A stretch of 64,000 bases of DNA from Lama glama (GCA_028534125.1 CM052825.1:372001-436000), one strand, 5' to 3'. Shown: positions 13,141 through 25,049, numbered from the stretch's first letter. The notes: generated by a model not told the origin, from the sequence alone. A program made the numbers and translations.

Positions 13141-14569
13141 TCGCTCTGCTAGGGTTAGTGTGTAGATTCCAGCCGAGTCGTGGCCTGTGGTCCCAGAGAC
13201 AGTTATATTTTCGCAGCCCTTGCAACGCCCTCCTGGTGCTGCCCTGGCTGCAGCTCCATCTTTGGTGGTACCACCTGCAGCATCGGAAAGCACTAGGCTG
13301 CCCGGTGTCCTGCGACTGCTCTGGGGGCAGGGCAGCACCTGCCAGGCCCGGGGCTCTGTGCTCCCGCAGGCAGGAGTCCAGGAGCGCCACCAGCGCCACA
13401 GCTGTGTAGCAGGGCCAGGCGGGCTGCAGGGCCATCGCTGCTGTCACGGAGGGCAGTCTGCGGGGCGGGGCAGGGCTGCCTGCTAGGTCTCTATCACCCC
13501 CAGCCCCAGCCCAGTCCCATGGTCAGAGGGAGGTGGCTTCTCTTGCAGCGTTTTGCCTGTGCTATGCCTTTGCCAAATTAACAGCTGTCAGGTAGAGCCA
13601 GGGTGTCTGACGGTTCAACAAAGGCCTTAAGACGAAGCGGGACAGTAAAGCTTGACTCACAGGTCAGGGAGGAGGTCAAGCAGGGAGCAGGCAGAGGGAG
13701 CGACACGCCCAGGGCACACAGCTTAACTAGGGTCCCTAGGGGAGGGCTTTGGGGTCCCTGGGCTAACACTGGATGGGTCAGTTCAGACCAGAAGGAGTGG
13801 GGTCTCTGTAAGCCTCTCAGGGGTTTTATCGAAAGGGCACACTGGGGACAGCCCTGGACGTGAGAGAGGGAGGCTGTCAGGAGGGTGCTGGGCAGTCACA
13901 CCAACAACTCAGGTGTACTGCTGATTCTGCGGGCTGTCACCTAGGGACATGCCCTGGAGGGAAGGCTCCTGCCAGTGCAAGGCCCTGCGGGGACCGGGCC
14001 ACACAGGACAGATGCTGGGCAGAGACCACGGATTCCAGAAGCAGCTGAGCAGCACCCTCAGCAGCCTGCTTGCAGCTCTGGCTGCTCCTTGGGCACCTAC
14101 GCCGGGAGCCTGCAAGTGAGAAAGACACGCCGGGGACCCAGCCCGTGACCACTCCTCGGGTGCTGGGGTCCCCGGCCAGCCTGTCTTCTTCCCAGCTCGA
14201 GCCCGTGCCCACTGTCTGCTGAACTCCCCGCAGGGTATTCAGCTGTGCTTGGAGGAGAGAAGGGACAAGTGAGTCCCCACCATCCCCGCTGAAGGGTTTA
14301 CCACGTCCCACCTGACCTCCGCCGCGGCCTTCTGAGCGGTCTCACGTCTATCTGCTCTGTTCTTCAGTAGCCAAAGCAGTCTTTCAAAATGCGAACCTGG
14401 CATTGAATGTGAAACTCTCCCACCTCAAATCCTTCCGTGTCCCCCGCCGCTTCACGGTAAAGGCCCTGCGTGGTCTGCCCCCAGAGGACCCCGCACCCCC
14501 TGGGTCCCTGCGCTCTGGCCACAAGATGCTTCCTTCAGCTCCTGGATCCCGGTTAGGCCCCCCTCCCCG

Positions 14570-14890
14570 AACTCGTGCCTGTCCCTGCCGAAACAATGCA
14601 CCATAAACTGGGCGGCTTAAAGACAGCAGTTTATCTCCTCACCATTCTGGACGCCAGTCTGTCAGGGCGGCAGCAGGCCGGCTCCTCCTCAGGCCACTGC
14701 CCTCACCTCGCCGCGCTCTCCGGGTGCGCCGGGTCCGTCTCTGAGGCCTCTGTTCTCAAGGACACAGTCACGTGGATCAGGGCCCACCCAAGACCCCTCT
14801 CACTTGATGAGCCTGCACGACCTGCCTCTAAGCAGCGTCACACTCGAAGTCTGGGGGTCAAGACGGCCACACACGAACTGTGGGGGACAC
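14570..14890 (-). mobile_element. MLT1-family LTR relic
   Basis: Contains caccataaactgggcggcttaaagacagcagtttatctcctcaccattctgga...aaggacacagtcacgtggatcagggcccaccc. Confidence 0.65.
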
Positions 14891-15512
14891 GTGGCCGCCA
14901 CCCTCCCACCCGGCCTGTCCATGCTGCCCCCCCCCCCGCAACCTCGCACCCCTTCACCTACTTAACTGTCACTTACCTCCACCCTTCACCTGCGCCGCCA
15001 CTACCTCCGGGAAGCCTTCCTAGTCAAGGCCGGGTTCCCTCGCCTTCGTCCCTCAGGACCAGCGTAACTGCAGGCCCACCAGACCAAGACCCGAGGCCGG
15101 GGGAGGCGTCGCACCCCACGCAGCCGGCCCAGCCCACGCCTGCCGGGGACGCGAGGGCCCCGGGAGCCCCCGCAGACACGAAGGGACACGATCACCACGC
15201 ATCACCACGGCGCCACCAGGCGCGCGTCCGCCCCGCAGCGCGGCCCCCGACCCCCGGGAGGACGGCGCTCCGGAGGAGCCCCCAGAGCGCAGGCGTGGAG
15301 CCGAGCCGTCCGTCCCGGGGCGACGCACGAGTTCCCTCGGGTCCCCTCGGCCGCTCTCCAGTCGCTCCCGCCTCGCGCCGCTCGCGTCCCCCGGCCCCGC
15401 CCCCAACCCCCCCGCCCTGTCCTGTCCGCCCCGCGAGCTGCTAATAAAGTTGCGCGCGGAGCCGACCGGAAGACGCGCCGTAATCCGCGCCGTGGCCGTC
15501 GTAAAAGCGCCG

Positions 15513-15534
15513 GTCGCCCCTGGTGACTGGCAAC
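15513..15534 (+). promoter_or_regulatory. RFX X-box-like element(s)
   Basis: GTCGCC-CCT-GGTGAC is immediately followed by TGGCAAC, resembling GTNRCC(N0-3)RGYAAC. It lies just upstream of the start codon of a motile-cilia gene. Confidence 0.65.
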
Positions 15535-15543
15535 GCGAGGAAG

Positions 15544-16162
15544 ATGGCGGCGCTGGTGGCGGCGGAGGCCGCGGCGCCCCCGGGCCCGGCGGAGGCGGCC
15601 GAGACGGCCGAGGCGGCGGAGCTGAGCCGCGCCCTGAGCCGCCTGCTGCCCGGGCTGGAGGCCGACAGCAAGCTGGGCCGGCGGCGCGCGCTGGAGGCGC
15701 TAGAGCGCGCGCTGGAGGCGGCACGGCCCGAGGCGCCCGACGCCGACCCCGCCGCCGCGGCCGCCGCCTTCCAGGGCCCCTGGGCGCGCCTGCTGCTGCC
15801 GCGCCTGCTGCGCTGTCTGGCCGACCCGGCCGAGGGCTGCCGCGCACTGGCCGTGCACCTGCTGGGCCTGGGCCTGCGGCGCGCCGCGCGGCCCCGCGAC
15901 GCCCTCCCGCGCCTGCTGCCCGCACTCGCCGCGCGCCTGGCCGGCCCCGAGCCCGCGCGCCGCCCGCCGCCCGAGGCCTGCGAGGAGCTGCGCCTGGCGC
16001 TCGTGGAGCTGCTCGGCCTGGCCGTGCGCCTGGGCGGCTCCGCGCTCGCGCCCCACCTGGACGACGCGGTGCGCGTGCTGCGCTGCACGCTGCTCGACCC
16101 CTTCGCCGCCGTGCGCCGCGAGAGCTGCGACTGCGCCGCCGCCCTGGCGCGCGCCACGCCAG
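15544..16162 (+). CDS. DNAAF5: Dynein axonemal assembly factor 5 (HEATR2), exon 1 (619 nt)
   Basis: [43 protein letters not shown]...[24 protein letters not shown]. Kozak AAGATGG; donor CAG|GTGCCT. Confidence 0.97.
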
Positions 16163-16190
16163 GTGCCTGCTCCTTGTTCCTGGTTCCCGC

Positions 16191-16230
16191 CCCTAGTCCC
16201 CTAGTCCCCAAGTCCCCTAGTCCCCGAGCC
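16191..16230. repeat. 8-bp tandem repeat (ccctagtc) x5, imperfect
   Basis: ccctagtc ccctagtc cccaagtc ccctagtc cccgagcc. Confidence 0.85.
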
Positions 16231-16929
16231 CCCTCCCCACACCCGACTCGGACCGCGCCCGCTGTCTCCCAGCGCGTAGCGCAGTGCCTGCCCGTAGTGG
16301 GGGCTCACTGTTGAGTGAAGGACTGTCTCATGCTCGAAGCATTTCCCTATCTTAGCACCGTCCCTTCTGCCCTGTCCGCTCCGACGCGAGGGACCTGTCC
16401 GTTGGCTCCCATCGCACTGGGCAGTAGTGAACCAAGAGCCAGTCTTGATCTGAACATCCAGGGGGTGAAAGAACTCGCCCAAAGTGTCATTGAAATAGCG
16501 GTTCTTAAGGATCTGGAACAGCGGCAGAACTGAGCCCGGAACTGCAGAACCAAGCCCTCCGGTCGACTTTCCGTGAGGACCTTACAAACAGGAAGTGGGG
16601 TGGCTCTGCTTAAACTAAAGCGGTGCAGGTCCAGCTTCCAGCGGTAGTGCTGGGTGTCTGGCTGCGGGCTCACCTGGACGCCGGGCCATGCAGGAGTCTC
16701 CAGGCTGGGATGCCCCCTCACAGCTCCTGTCAGCTGAGATGGGGTTAAGCCCTCGCCTTTTCCCTTTGGTCCCCTCAGCCTCTGAGTCGGGTAGGTGCTG
16801 TTTGGGTCGCTTCTCCCAGTGCCGGTGCCGGCGCCAGCATGCAGAGCTGTGCTTGGCTCGCTGAACCAAGCTGGGCAGAGTTGAGGCGCATGGGCTCCAC
16901 TGGTAACTGGTGGTCTCCCTGCCCCACAG

Positions 16930-17114
16930 ACCACTTCCACATGCAGTCGGAGTCTTTGGTCGGTCCCCTGATGCAGAGCATCTCCCACCAGCACTGGAAG
17001 GTGCGAGTGGCCATCATCGAGGCCACAGGCACGGTCGTCCAGTTTGGCAGCGGGAAGTCAGTGGATGATGTGCTTCCTCACTTTGCTCAGCGGCTCTTTG
17101 ACAACGTCCCCCAG
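16930..17114 (+). CDS. DNAAF5: DNAAF5 exon 2 (185 nt)
   Basis: cacag|AC...CAG|gtagcg; [34 protein letters not shown]...[11 protein letters not shown]. Confidence 0.97.
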
Positions 17115-17564
17115 GTAGCGGGCAGGGCATTCTCCACCGGAAGCACGCCACTGAGCTGTTTGTGACTCACTCACTTTTGTTTTAAAGATACTACCCATGA
17201 CACCAGTGGCCTTTCCTCCCTCCCAGGCGCAGAGCAGTCCTGTTTCACGTCTTTGAGAAATGAGGGGAGGGCTGAGTCATCTTAATACCTTCTTGTTTCT
17301 AATCCCAAGGAAAGTGAAAGAGGACTGTTTCCTCTTAGGAAGAAAATCCAAACTGGGTGCAGCGCATCTGCAACATGCCGCTCCAACAAGGCGGTCCAGC
17401 TGAAAAGCCTCAGAGGTTGGCCAGCCAGGCCTGGGAGGAGGACCCAGCCGGGGTGGGCGTGTTGGGGTAGTTTGTTCCCTCCGGCTTTGGGGCCCCGGTC
17501 TGGTGACCTCCGAAACTGCTCTCTAGCACTGCCCTGCCTCTGACCACAGGCACGCTGGGCCTTC

Positions 17565-18040
17565 TTATTTTTATTTTTTAGAACAGCTTTTTGAGCTATA
17601 ATTCACATACTGTACATTTCTCCTGTGTAGTGTTGAATGTTTTTGGTATATTTTTAATTTCTAAAACTTTTGGCAAAACATGTGTAACACTTGCCATTTT
17701 AGTTATTTTTAAAGTTAGGTGGTATTAAATATATTTACAATGTTGTACAACCATCACCACCATGCAAAGCTTTTTTTTAATCGTCCCAAACAGAAGCTTG
17801 GTAACCACTAAGTGATACCTCCCCACCCTCCCCTCCCTGCAGCCACTGATAACTACAGATCTTTGTCTCTGGATTTGACGAGGTTCACGGAAGTGGAGTC
17901 AACATGTGGTCTGCCGTGACTGCCTCTCACTCAGCCTCGTGTTTCCGAGGTCCATCTGTCTGTGTCAGGAGTCCGTGCTTTGCTCCTTTTTAAGGCTGAG
18001 TAATATCCACAGTGTGGACGGACCAGACTTTGTCCACAGA
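17565..18040 (-). mobile_element. Old L1M 3' fragment
   Basis: Contains cagctttttgagctataattcacatac...acaatgttgtacaaccatcaccac...tttttaaggctgagtaatatcc. Confidence 0.75.
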
Positions 18041-18483
18041 CAGGCTGGTGCCCTCAGTAGTCCTGGGGTCACCCTGGCTGTCAGGGCCCCCCCTCTGCGC
18101 GTTGCTGTGGCTCTAACTGTGTTTCATGTAGATGATGGGGTTCTGTGATTTATGTAGCTGGGAGAATACACTGACCCAGTCAGTGAAGCTTCAAGAATGT
18201 GACCACATAGGCGTTGGCAGGGGTCTGCCCTGGAATGTTGGAGCTTAGCCAGCACACCTGCTCCGCTGTTGGTGCCCTGCTGGGCATTTGGCTCAGGCTA
18301 GCAGAAGGTCCAGCTGAGCCCGGAGGATGTGGGCTGGAGACAGTCAGACCCTAATGTTTCATCCCCAGGCTGAGATGTGGTCATGGAGCTGGGGGCATGC
18401 CTGAGCCGGCTGTGGGGCCCCGCCGGTGATGGGGCGGGCTGCCCCTGCCCGGCGTGAAGGCTGTTCCCTTGCTGTACACGCAG

Positions 18484-18608
18484 GTGCGGCAGGCGGTGAC
18501 CCGCGTGGTGGGGGATTGGCTGCTGCGCCTCCGGGACCGCTATTCCTTCTTCCACAAGCTCATCCCGCTGCTGCTGAGCAGCCTTGACGACGAGATACCT
18601 GAAATCGC
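18484..18608 (+). CDS. DNAAF5: DNAAF5 exon 3 (125 nt)
   Basis: cgcag|GTG...GC|gtaagt; [41 protein letters not shown]. Confidence 0.96.
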
Positions 18609-18978
18609 GTAAGTGGGGAGGCTGCCCGCGGTGCTGCACTTCCTGGCACCCACACCCTGTGTCAGGTGCTGGGCCCGCCGTGGCGTGCCTTCTGGTTCAC
18701 CGGGTGTCCTGCCAGGGGATTCCCTGACTTGCCACCCCCAGCAGCTCCGTCTCTTAGGGAAGCCCCGCCCCCGCCCCCCTTCCCACGTGCTGGGAGGTCC
18801 GGTGACAGCACTTTGCTTGGGCTCCCGCAGAGCAGTCGGCCCCTTCCAGAACTGCTAGTGAGCAGCGGGCAGTGCAGAGGCCCGGCTGGCGGGCTGTCTC
18901 CGGGAGGGACTCAGCAGCCGCTCCGGGCTCCACCCGCCTCCATGGGAGCCTCCTGATGGAGTCTGTGTTGCGCTGCAG

Positions 18979-19097
18979 GCATGAGGCGGCCAACCTCTGG
19001 GAGAAGGTGGGCCTGCAGTGGCAGACAGAGAACGAGGAGGACCTCAAAGACAAGCTGGACTTTGCTGGCCCACCCCCCGCCCACCACCCCTCGCCAG
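18979..19097 (+). CDS. DNAAF5: DNAAF5 exon 4 (119 nt)
   Basis: tgcag|G...CAG|gtgagt; [39 protein letters not shown]. Confidence 0.96.
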
Positions 19098-20842
19098 GTG
19101 AGTCCAGCGTCAGGACATTGGTGGGGGGGTTGGAGCCCGCGCTGTGGAAAGGGTGCCCTCAGCATCGTGGGTGGGGCCGGGCGCCTGTCCTCAGCCCCTA
19201 GCGGTGCTCCGGCCTCCTCCTCTCCCCCTGGGGCCAGCTCTGCTGGGAAGAGGCTGCAGGCCTCCCTGGGTGCGTGAATCGCTCCGCTGCGGACACTGGG
19301 CTGCTGGTCATGGCGGTGGAAATTTTGGAAATGGGCGGTGCCTTGTCATTTCACAAAAAATTTTATCTGTAAGCTTAACCCAAAGGAACAAACAGGTACA
19401 GGAGAGGCTCTTGTGCATAACCTCCCGGCCTCCCCCCTCGTGGTTCCCTGCCAGACCGCCAGCACGTGTGTGTGCGTATGTGCGCGTGTGCCCATGGGCA
19501 CACCTGTTTCCCCCAGCGCCTGAGTCCTCTCCCAGGTGCAGATTCAGGGACGCCCACCTGGGCCGCAGCCCCTCACACCTGTGGTCTCTTGTGTTCTGGA
19601 AACACAGTCTGTCGTGGGAGTGAAGTGTGTTCAAGCTGCACTCGGCCAGGTGCCTTTATTGCTGCGGTCTGTCCACGGGTATCTTGTCACAGTGAGGTGG
19701 TGAGGAGGTGCCTGCCGGTGAGGACAGACGTGGAAAAGGTGCCCCTGCCCTCAGCCCTGGCCAGGTGAAGTCAGGCTCAGGTGGCGGCCCTGGAGGGGGT
19801 GCCGGTGAAGGTCAGCTTGAGACAGGCACGCACACCTCGTCTGCACCTGGCGCTGTTTAGTTCGGGGCCAGCAGGGACCTCCTGCCCTCGTCACCTGTGA
19901 GGCCAGTGTCTTGTTTCCCTTTGTTCTGTGACCTTATCTCCTCTGGTAGTGTCTTCTCCCATGGCAGACAGTGAAGGGGGAAAGTAGAGAAAGTAATCGT
20001 TAGTAGGGTTTTCTCTGATTTAGTAGAGGCTGAGCATGCAGCATCTTTCCAAGAACGTAGAACTTAGAGAAGGTACTTGTTTATGACTCTTTTGTTAAGT
20101 ACACTCTCGTTGCCTGTGGGGGCGGAGGCCTCTGAAGGGTGATTGTCACGTCGTGAGAGTGTTGTCCCTCCTCTGCTGCTCAGGGCTCACTTCTGCACTG
20201 GGGAGACGAGAAGCTGGCCTGGGGCTTCTGTGGGCCGTGTTGACGTGACAGATCTCGGCCGGGATCCGATTGGCGATTAGGAGACAGTAGTTCTCTTTGG
20301 ATATGGCCCAGGGTGTATCCCTAACTAGTCCTGTTCTCCGCCCTCACCTGTCCCTTCACCCTAGGGGTCCCTGGGAAACCCCTCGGATGCTGGTCGTGCA
20401 CAGAGGACCATCCTTGTGCTGCATGGGGGCCTGTCCTGGCCAGTGTTAGGCAGACGTCGGGTCATCCTGAGCAGGTCACCCTGCAGAGAGCGAGGAGGGC
20501 CTGGGAGACGGGCACTGAGGGACACAGACCTCGCGCGTGGCAGCGGGGAGGGCAGAGTGAGGGCCCGCTGTGCACTGAGGACCATGCGGGTGGGTGCATG
20601 ATCAAGGCTTGGAGAAGGTGGTGGCCTGCGGAGCTTCGCCTCAAGTAGAGCAGGATAAACGTGGAACTGAGTTGCCGTCGGAGCTACTGGTATAAGCACT
20701 GCCTTTCATTACATTTTTGGCGTCTGTCTTTGAAATTACTTCTTTAAAATTTGAATTTTATAAGCTTTCAGATACTCTTTTCCACACCACTTCACGTGCC
20801 AGATCCTGCCAGTCTCGCCCCAACCCTCACTGTTGCCGGCAT

Positions 20843-20975
20843 ATTGCTGGCCCCTCCCTGGGGCATCCTGGCCCCATTGCTGGCCCCCCCTGGGGCGTCC
20901 CGGCTCCATTGCTGGCCCCCCCGGGGCGTCCGGCCCCTCCTGTCCTGGCCCAGGCCCACTGCTGCCCCCCCCCCG
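20843..20975. repeat. 32-33 bp tandem repeat, 3 copies plus a degenerate fourth
   Basis: Unit attgctggcccc(t)ccctggggcRtccYggcYcc starts at 20843, 20876 and 20908. Confidence 0.85.
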
Positions 20976-23559
20976 GACGCCCTCAGCGCTCAGACGGGCT
21001 GCTGCTTGTATTGTGACGGGACTCACACCAATAGGCTCCCCCTCAGAGGCAGAGCCCTGTGAGTTCCGACGGGCTCCTCGTCCTGTGCTGTGACCGCTGC
21101 TTCAGCTGCCGTCCGCAGACCCCACCAGGCGCCCGCGTCCTCTGTGCCGGTCCACGTCCCTTGTTACGTGTCTGCTCACATCTCTGCTCCCCGTTTTAGA
21201 CTGGCTGGCTGTCCTCTTATCGGGGAGTGTCGAGAATCCATTGTACATCCAGGTGCAATGTGTTGTCAGATCTGTGTCCCCTGGCTTCTCTGGCCAGGCC
21301 GCCCTTGACGTCCCCACCTTGTGCCCGCCTGGTGGCCCTGGCAGGTGTTGGCCTCCCCCCACCACTTGTCCTGGGGCCTCAACTCCTGCTCTCCCCCGAG
21401 AGCCCCTCACAGCACCCTCCTCCCTCTGGGTCCTGGCCTCCAGCTCACCTGGCGCTGTTTCCGCATTGAACGTTTGCTCACATCGCCTTCTGCTCTGAGA
21501 AGGCAGACTTGTCTACAGACACAGCCCTGCACCTGAGACAGGTGCGCTGGTACAGGGTCGGCCCAGTGAATTGCAGGTGAGCAGACAGTGGTGGGTGTGT
21601 CCTCTCTTACCTGCGAGGTTGGACGGTCAGCTCGTGTGGCTGAACCTGAGCTATGAACCAATGAGGTTTGAGAAGGTGCACAGTTCACCCCACCAGATCT
21701 GCCGGAGTGCAGTGCCTCTGAGTAAGGACGGTGGGTGAGTCACCTGGACCAGAGTCCAGTCGGAGCCTGGCCTTCTTTCCCACGCGTGGCCAGAAACACG
21801 GCCCGCTCACTGGAGTCTGTCCTCAGCCCTACGACATGGCACAAGTTTCCTGGAACAGCCCTGGAACCAGCTCTGCTTCTGAATCCAGGCTGCGTGTAGG
21901 GGGCTGGGAGGGACCGTTCTCAAGCCAGTGACACACTTGAACCCAGCACTCTTCTCGTGTGGAAACACGGTCACGCGGGACATGGCCTCCCAGCAGTGCC
22001 TGCACCCCCTACCCACGATGCAGGGTCTCCATCTCCTCTGGACGAGGTACCCCTGGTCCCCTGTCTGCTTTTGTAAACAGCCAGAACTGTGCTGGACCCC
22101 CGGGCTGTAGCCCCACTTTGCGAGTACACGGTACCGGGCAGACCTGCCGCGGGCTGCTTTCTGCCTACGGTTAAACCACCGTAGTCCAGTTGTGCAGCAG
22201 CTGCTGCTCCGCGTGCTCCCAACCCGCTGTGTCCATGCCTTTGCTCACTGGTGCCCACGCAGGTGTGCAGGCCGGGTGGAGAGACAACCTCAGGATTCAA
22301 ACAGGGTTATTGGGAGCAGCAGAGCTGAGGTGGGAAACACAGGTGATGGTGTCACGGGTTGGTGAGGGGCTATCGCAGGAACAGGGCAAAGGGCGGTAGA
22401 CCTGCCCCTGGTCCCTGCAAGTACTGGTCGGTGCCTGAGCCATGAGGCCACCTTCTCGTGGCCTCTCACAGCTGAGCCGTGGGGACCGGGAGACCAGCTG
22501 CCCCGAGCTCAGTGAGCTCCACGTGTGGCAGGCGGACACCCAGTGACAGGAGCACGTCACCACCATCACCCTGCGGGCCTGCACACCAGCGGGGCCGGGG
22601 TCAGGACCGTCGCTATGCCACGTGTCCAGCTGCTCTGAGCTGTGCCACTCTGTCCTAGTTCTTTTAAGTGTTCTGGTCCTTCTCCCTGGAGAGGATGACT
22701 TCTGCTCTGGACGTCTAGTCCAGAGCAGAGGGCAGGACCCGGGGGCTCCCACAACTGAGGAAGCCCAGAGGGCCTCTCCTGCCGTTTGTCTTGATGACTG
22801 CGGCTCGGAGTCTGCACTGGGGAGAAAGGGCCTTGTTCTCCCTGAGGCCTTCCTACGCCAGCCTTCCGCCCAGAGTCCCTTGCTCCTGGGCTCTGAGCAG
22901 GGTCTCTACTTGGACCCTCAGGCCTGAGAGGCCCTGGCGCCTCGGAGCCGCCCCTCCTGGCCTGAAACGTGTCAGCGGGATTGAGGAACTGAATGTCTCA
23001 TTCCTGGGTCTAGCTGCCACATGGGAAAGTGGACCTTCTGGGAAAGGCCAGACAGTAAATAGTCAGGGCTTTGCAGGCCCCAGCGGCCCAGCCCCAGACA
23101 ACGGTCATGAGCGAGGCCTGCTTTACAGAAACACAGCGGGCCCGACATGGCTTCTTAGCCAGCATGCGGCCCCTGGGCAAGAAGAGCGCCACTCGTCTGC
23201 TCAGTCAAGTTCAGAAAGTGGCTTCAGAACCCCTTCCACAGTGAGGCCAGCATTTCTTTGAGAATACCTCCCAGGCTGTGTGTCCACCTGTGAGCAGACC
23301 CTCCCCAGATGTCTTTGTTAACGTGTCCCTCACCTCGGAGACTTTCCGCAGCAGATGTGTCAGGAAGAAAATGGTATTTATTATTTGGGGGTTTATATTT
23401 TTACAAAATTACAGCAAGCTCACTTAAATAGGCAACAAAACTTGAATCTTTTGAAACTTACTCTCTCATATACCATAAAAGTAGAAAAGTAACAGGAAGA
23501 GAGATTCAGAATGGGGTCTCTAAGCCACCCTTTAAACTCTGGTACGTCATGGTTTCACT

Positions 23560-24845
23560 TCAATGTCTAGAGTTCTTTTGAATTTTTAAGGTCAAAGTCT
23601 TATCATCAAAATCCTCTAAGGCTTTTCTGCAGAAATTGAGAAACTTAACCTGAAATTCACAAGGAAATGCAAAGGACCCGGAGCCGCCCAGACTCCAGAA
23701 AAGAACAGCAGGGCTGAAGGACGAGCACTTCCTGGTCTCAAGACACAAAACCGCGGTAACCAGGACGGTGTGGAGTCTGCATGAGGACAGACAGACAGGC
23801 CAGTGGGGCAGAGTGGGGTCCAGAAACATGCACACGTGTGGACACTGAGTTTTGACAGGTGCAAAGGCAGTGCAGGGGAGGACGTCTCAGCGGCGGTGCT
23901 AGCATCTCTGGACATGCAGGCGGGGCTTGGATCCAACCTCCTCTGACGCACGAAAAGTAACCCCAGATGCTCGTGGACCTGGGTTAAACACTCCACGAGA
24001 GACGGCTGATAACAGTGGTTTCGAACAGAATGAAAACTGCTGCTGCTGGAGAGGCGTTCAGAGGATGACACGACCAGCCACAGACGGAGATGTTGGCACG
24101 TTACATGTGTGAAGACCTGTATCCAGACGCGGACTCTCAGGATCCCGTGACACAAAAACATGGTTTTTCAGTTCAGGGCAGGAAAGGTTTGAAAAGACAC
24201 CTCACTGAGGACACACAGGTGTCAGATAAGCACGTGAGAACATGCTCCAGCCCAAGGAGGTGCCACCACGCCCCCTAGAGGTTTCCGTTTGAGACTGCGC
24301 CCAGAGACCTGGTACGCGTAGCTGGCGTAGGTGAGGAACCGTGCAGCCACCTTGGGAAATGCACCGCAGTTTCTTAAATAGTTGGTTACACACCTGCCGT
24401 GTGGTCGGCCGTGGCCGTTCCTCAGCGCTCGCCCCGGAGAGGCGAGGGCAGCGTGCACACAGCCTTGTCCCTGACAGCCCACACCAGACCCAACTCGGGT
24501 GTCTGCCGGCAGGCGGACAGCCAGGCAGACTAGGCTGTCCACGCAGTGGACTACCGCTCGGCAGTGAAGAGGAATCAGTGCCCCAGCCCACTGGTCTCAG
24601 ACGCTGCAGGAGAAGCTGGACAGAAGCGAGCGTGTTCTGTGCAGCCCTTGCACAGAAAGTCTAGAAGAGGCGGCTCATCTGTAGTGACGGGAAGCAGACG
24701 GGGGCCGCCTGGGGCTGGGGGGCTTTGCACGGAGCACAGGAAACCCGTGATGGATGCATGTTACCTTGACTGCGGAGATGGCCTGCAGGTGCACCCACGT
24801 CAGAACTTAGCAAACTGCACTTCAAGCGTGTAGTTACCGTGTGTC
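23560..24845 (+). mobile_element. Old L1M ORF2-3'/3'UTR relic, strongly GC-drifted
   Basis: Contains gcagaaattgagaaacttaacctgaaattcacaaggaaatgcaaaggacc; aagacacctcactgagga; gtttcttaaatagtt; taccttgactgcggagatgg. Confidence 0.8.
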
Positions 24846-25049
24846 ACTCACTCCAGGATTTTGCTGTAGGAAAATTTAAAGTCAGTTGTGACACTTTAAG
24901 GCTTCGTTTCTGCCTGAAGAGTTGTTTTGAAGTTTTAAGACCTGAAAGTAAAGCACATTCGTGTGCCTGAATGAGGAACGTGTTCTTTCCATAGACTCGC
25001 TGAGACTTTGTCTCGGTTTCAAGGTTTACTCTCCACCTTTGATCCGCAG

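Larger units (their letters stand above)
15030..16300. promoter_or_regulatory. CpG island, bidirectional promoter shared by DNAAF5 (+) and probably distal PRKAR1B (-)
   Basis: Extreme CpG density, GC boxes, ETS-like CCGGAAG (15466-15472), X-box-like sites (15513-15534) and YY1-like AAGATGGCGG over the DNAAF5 ATG. Confidence 0.9.

Noticed and set aside
14575-16211. Long alternative-frame and antisense ORFs over DNAAF5 exon 1 (289, 290, 256 and 248 aa)
   Set aside because: Shadows of an extremely GC-rich exon and island, with low complexity and mostly non-ATG starts.
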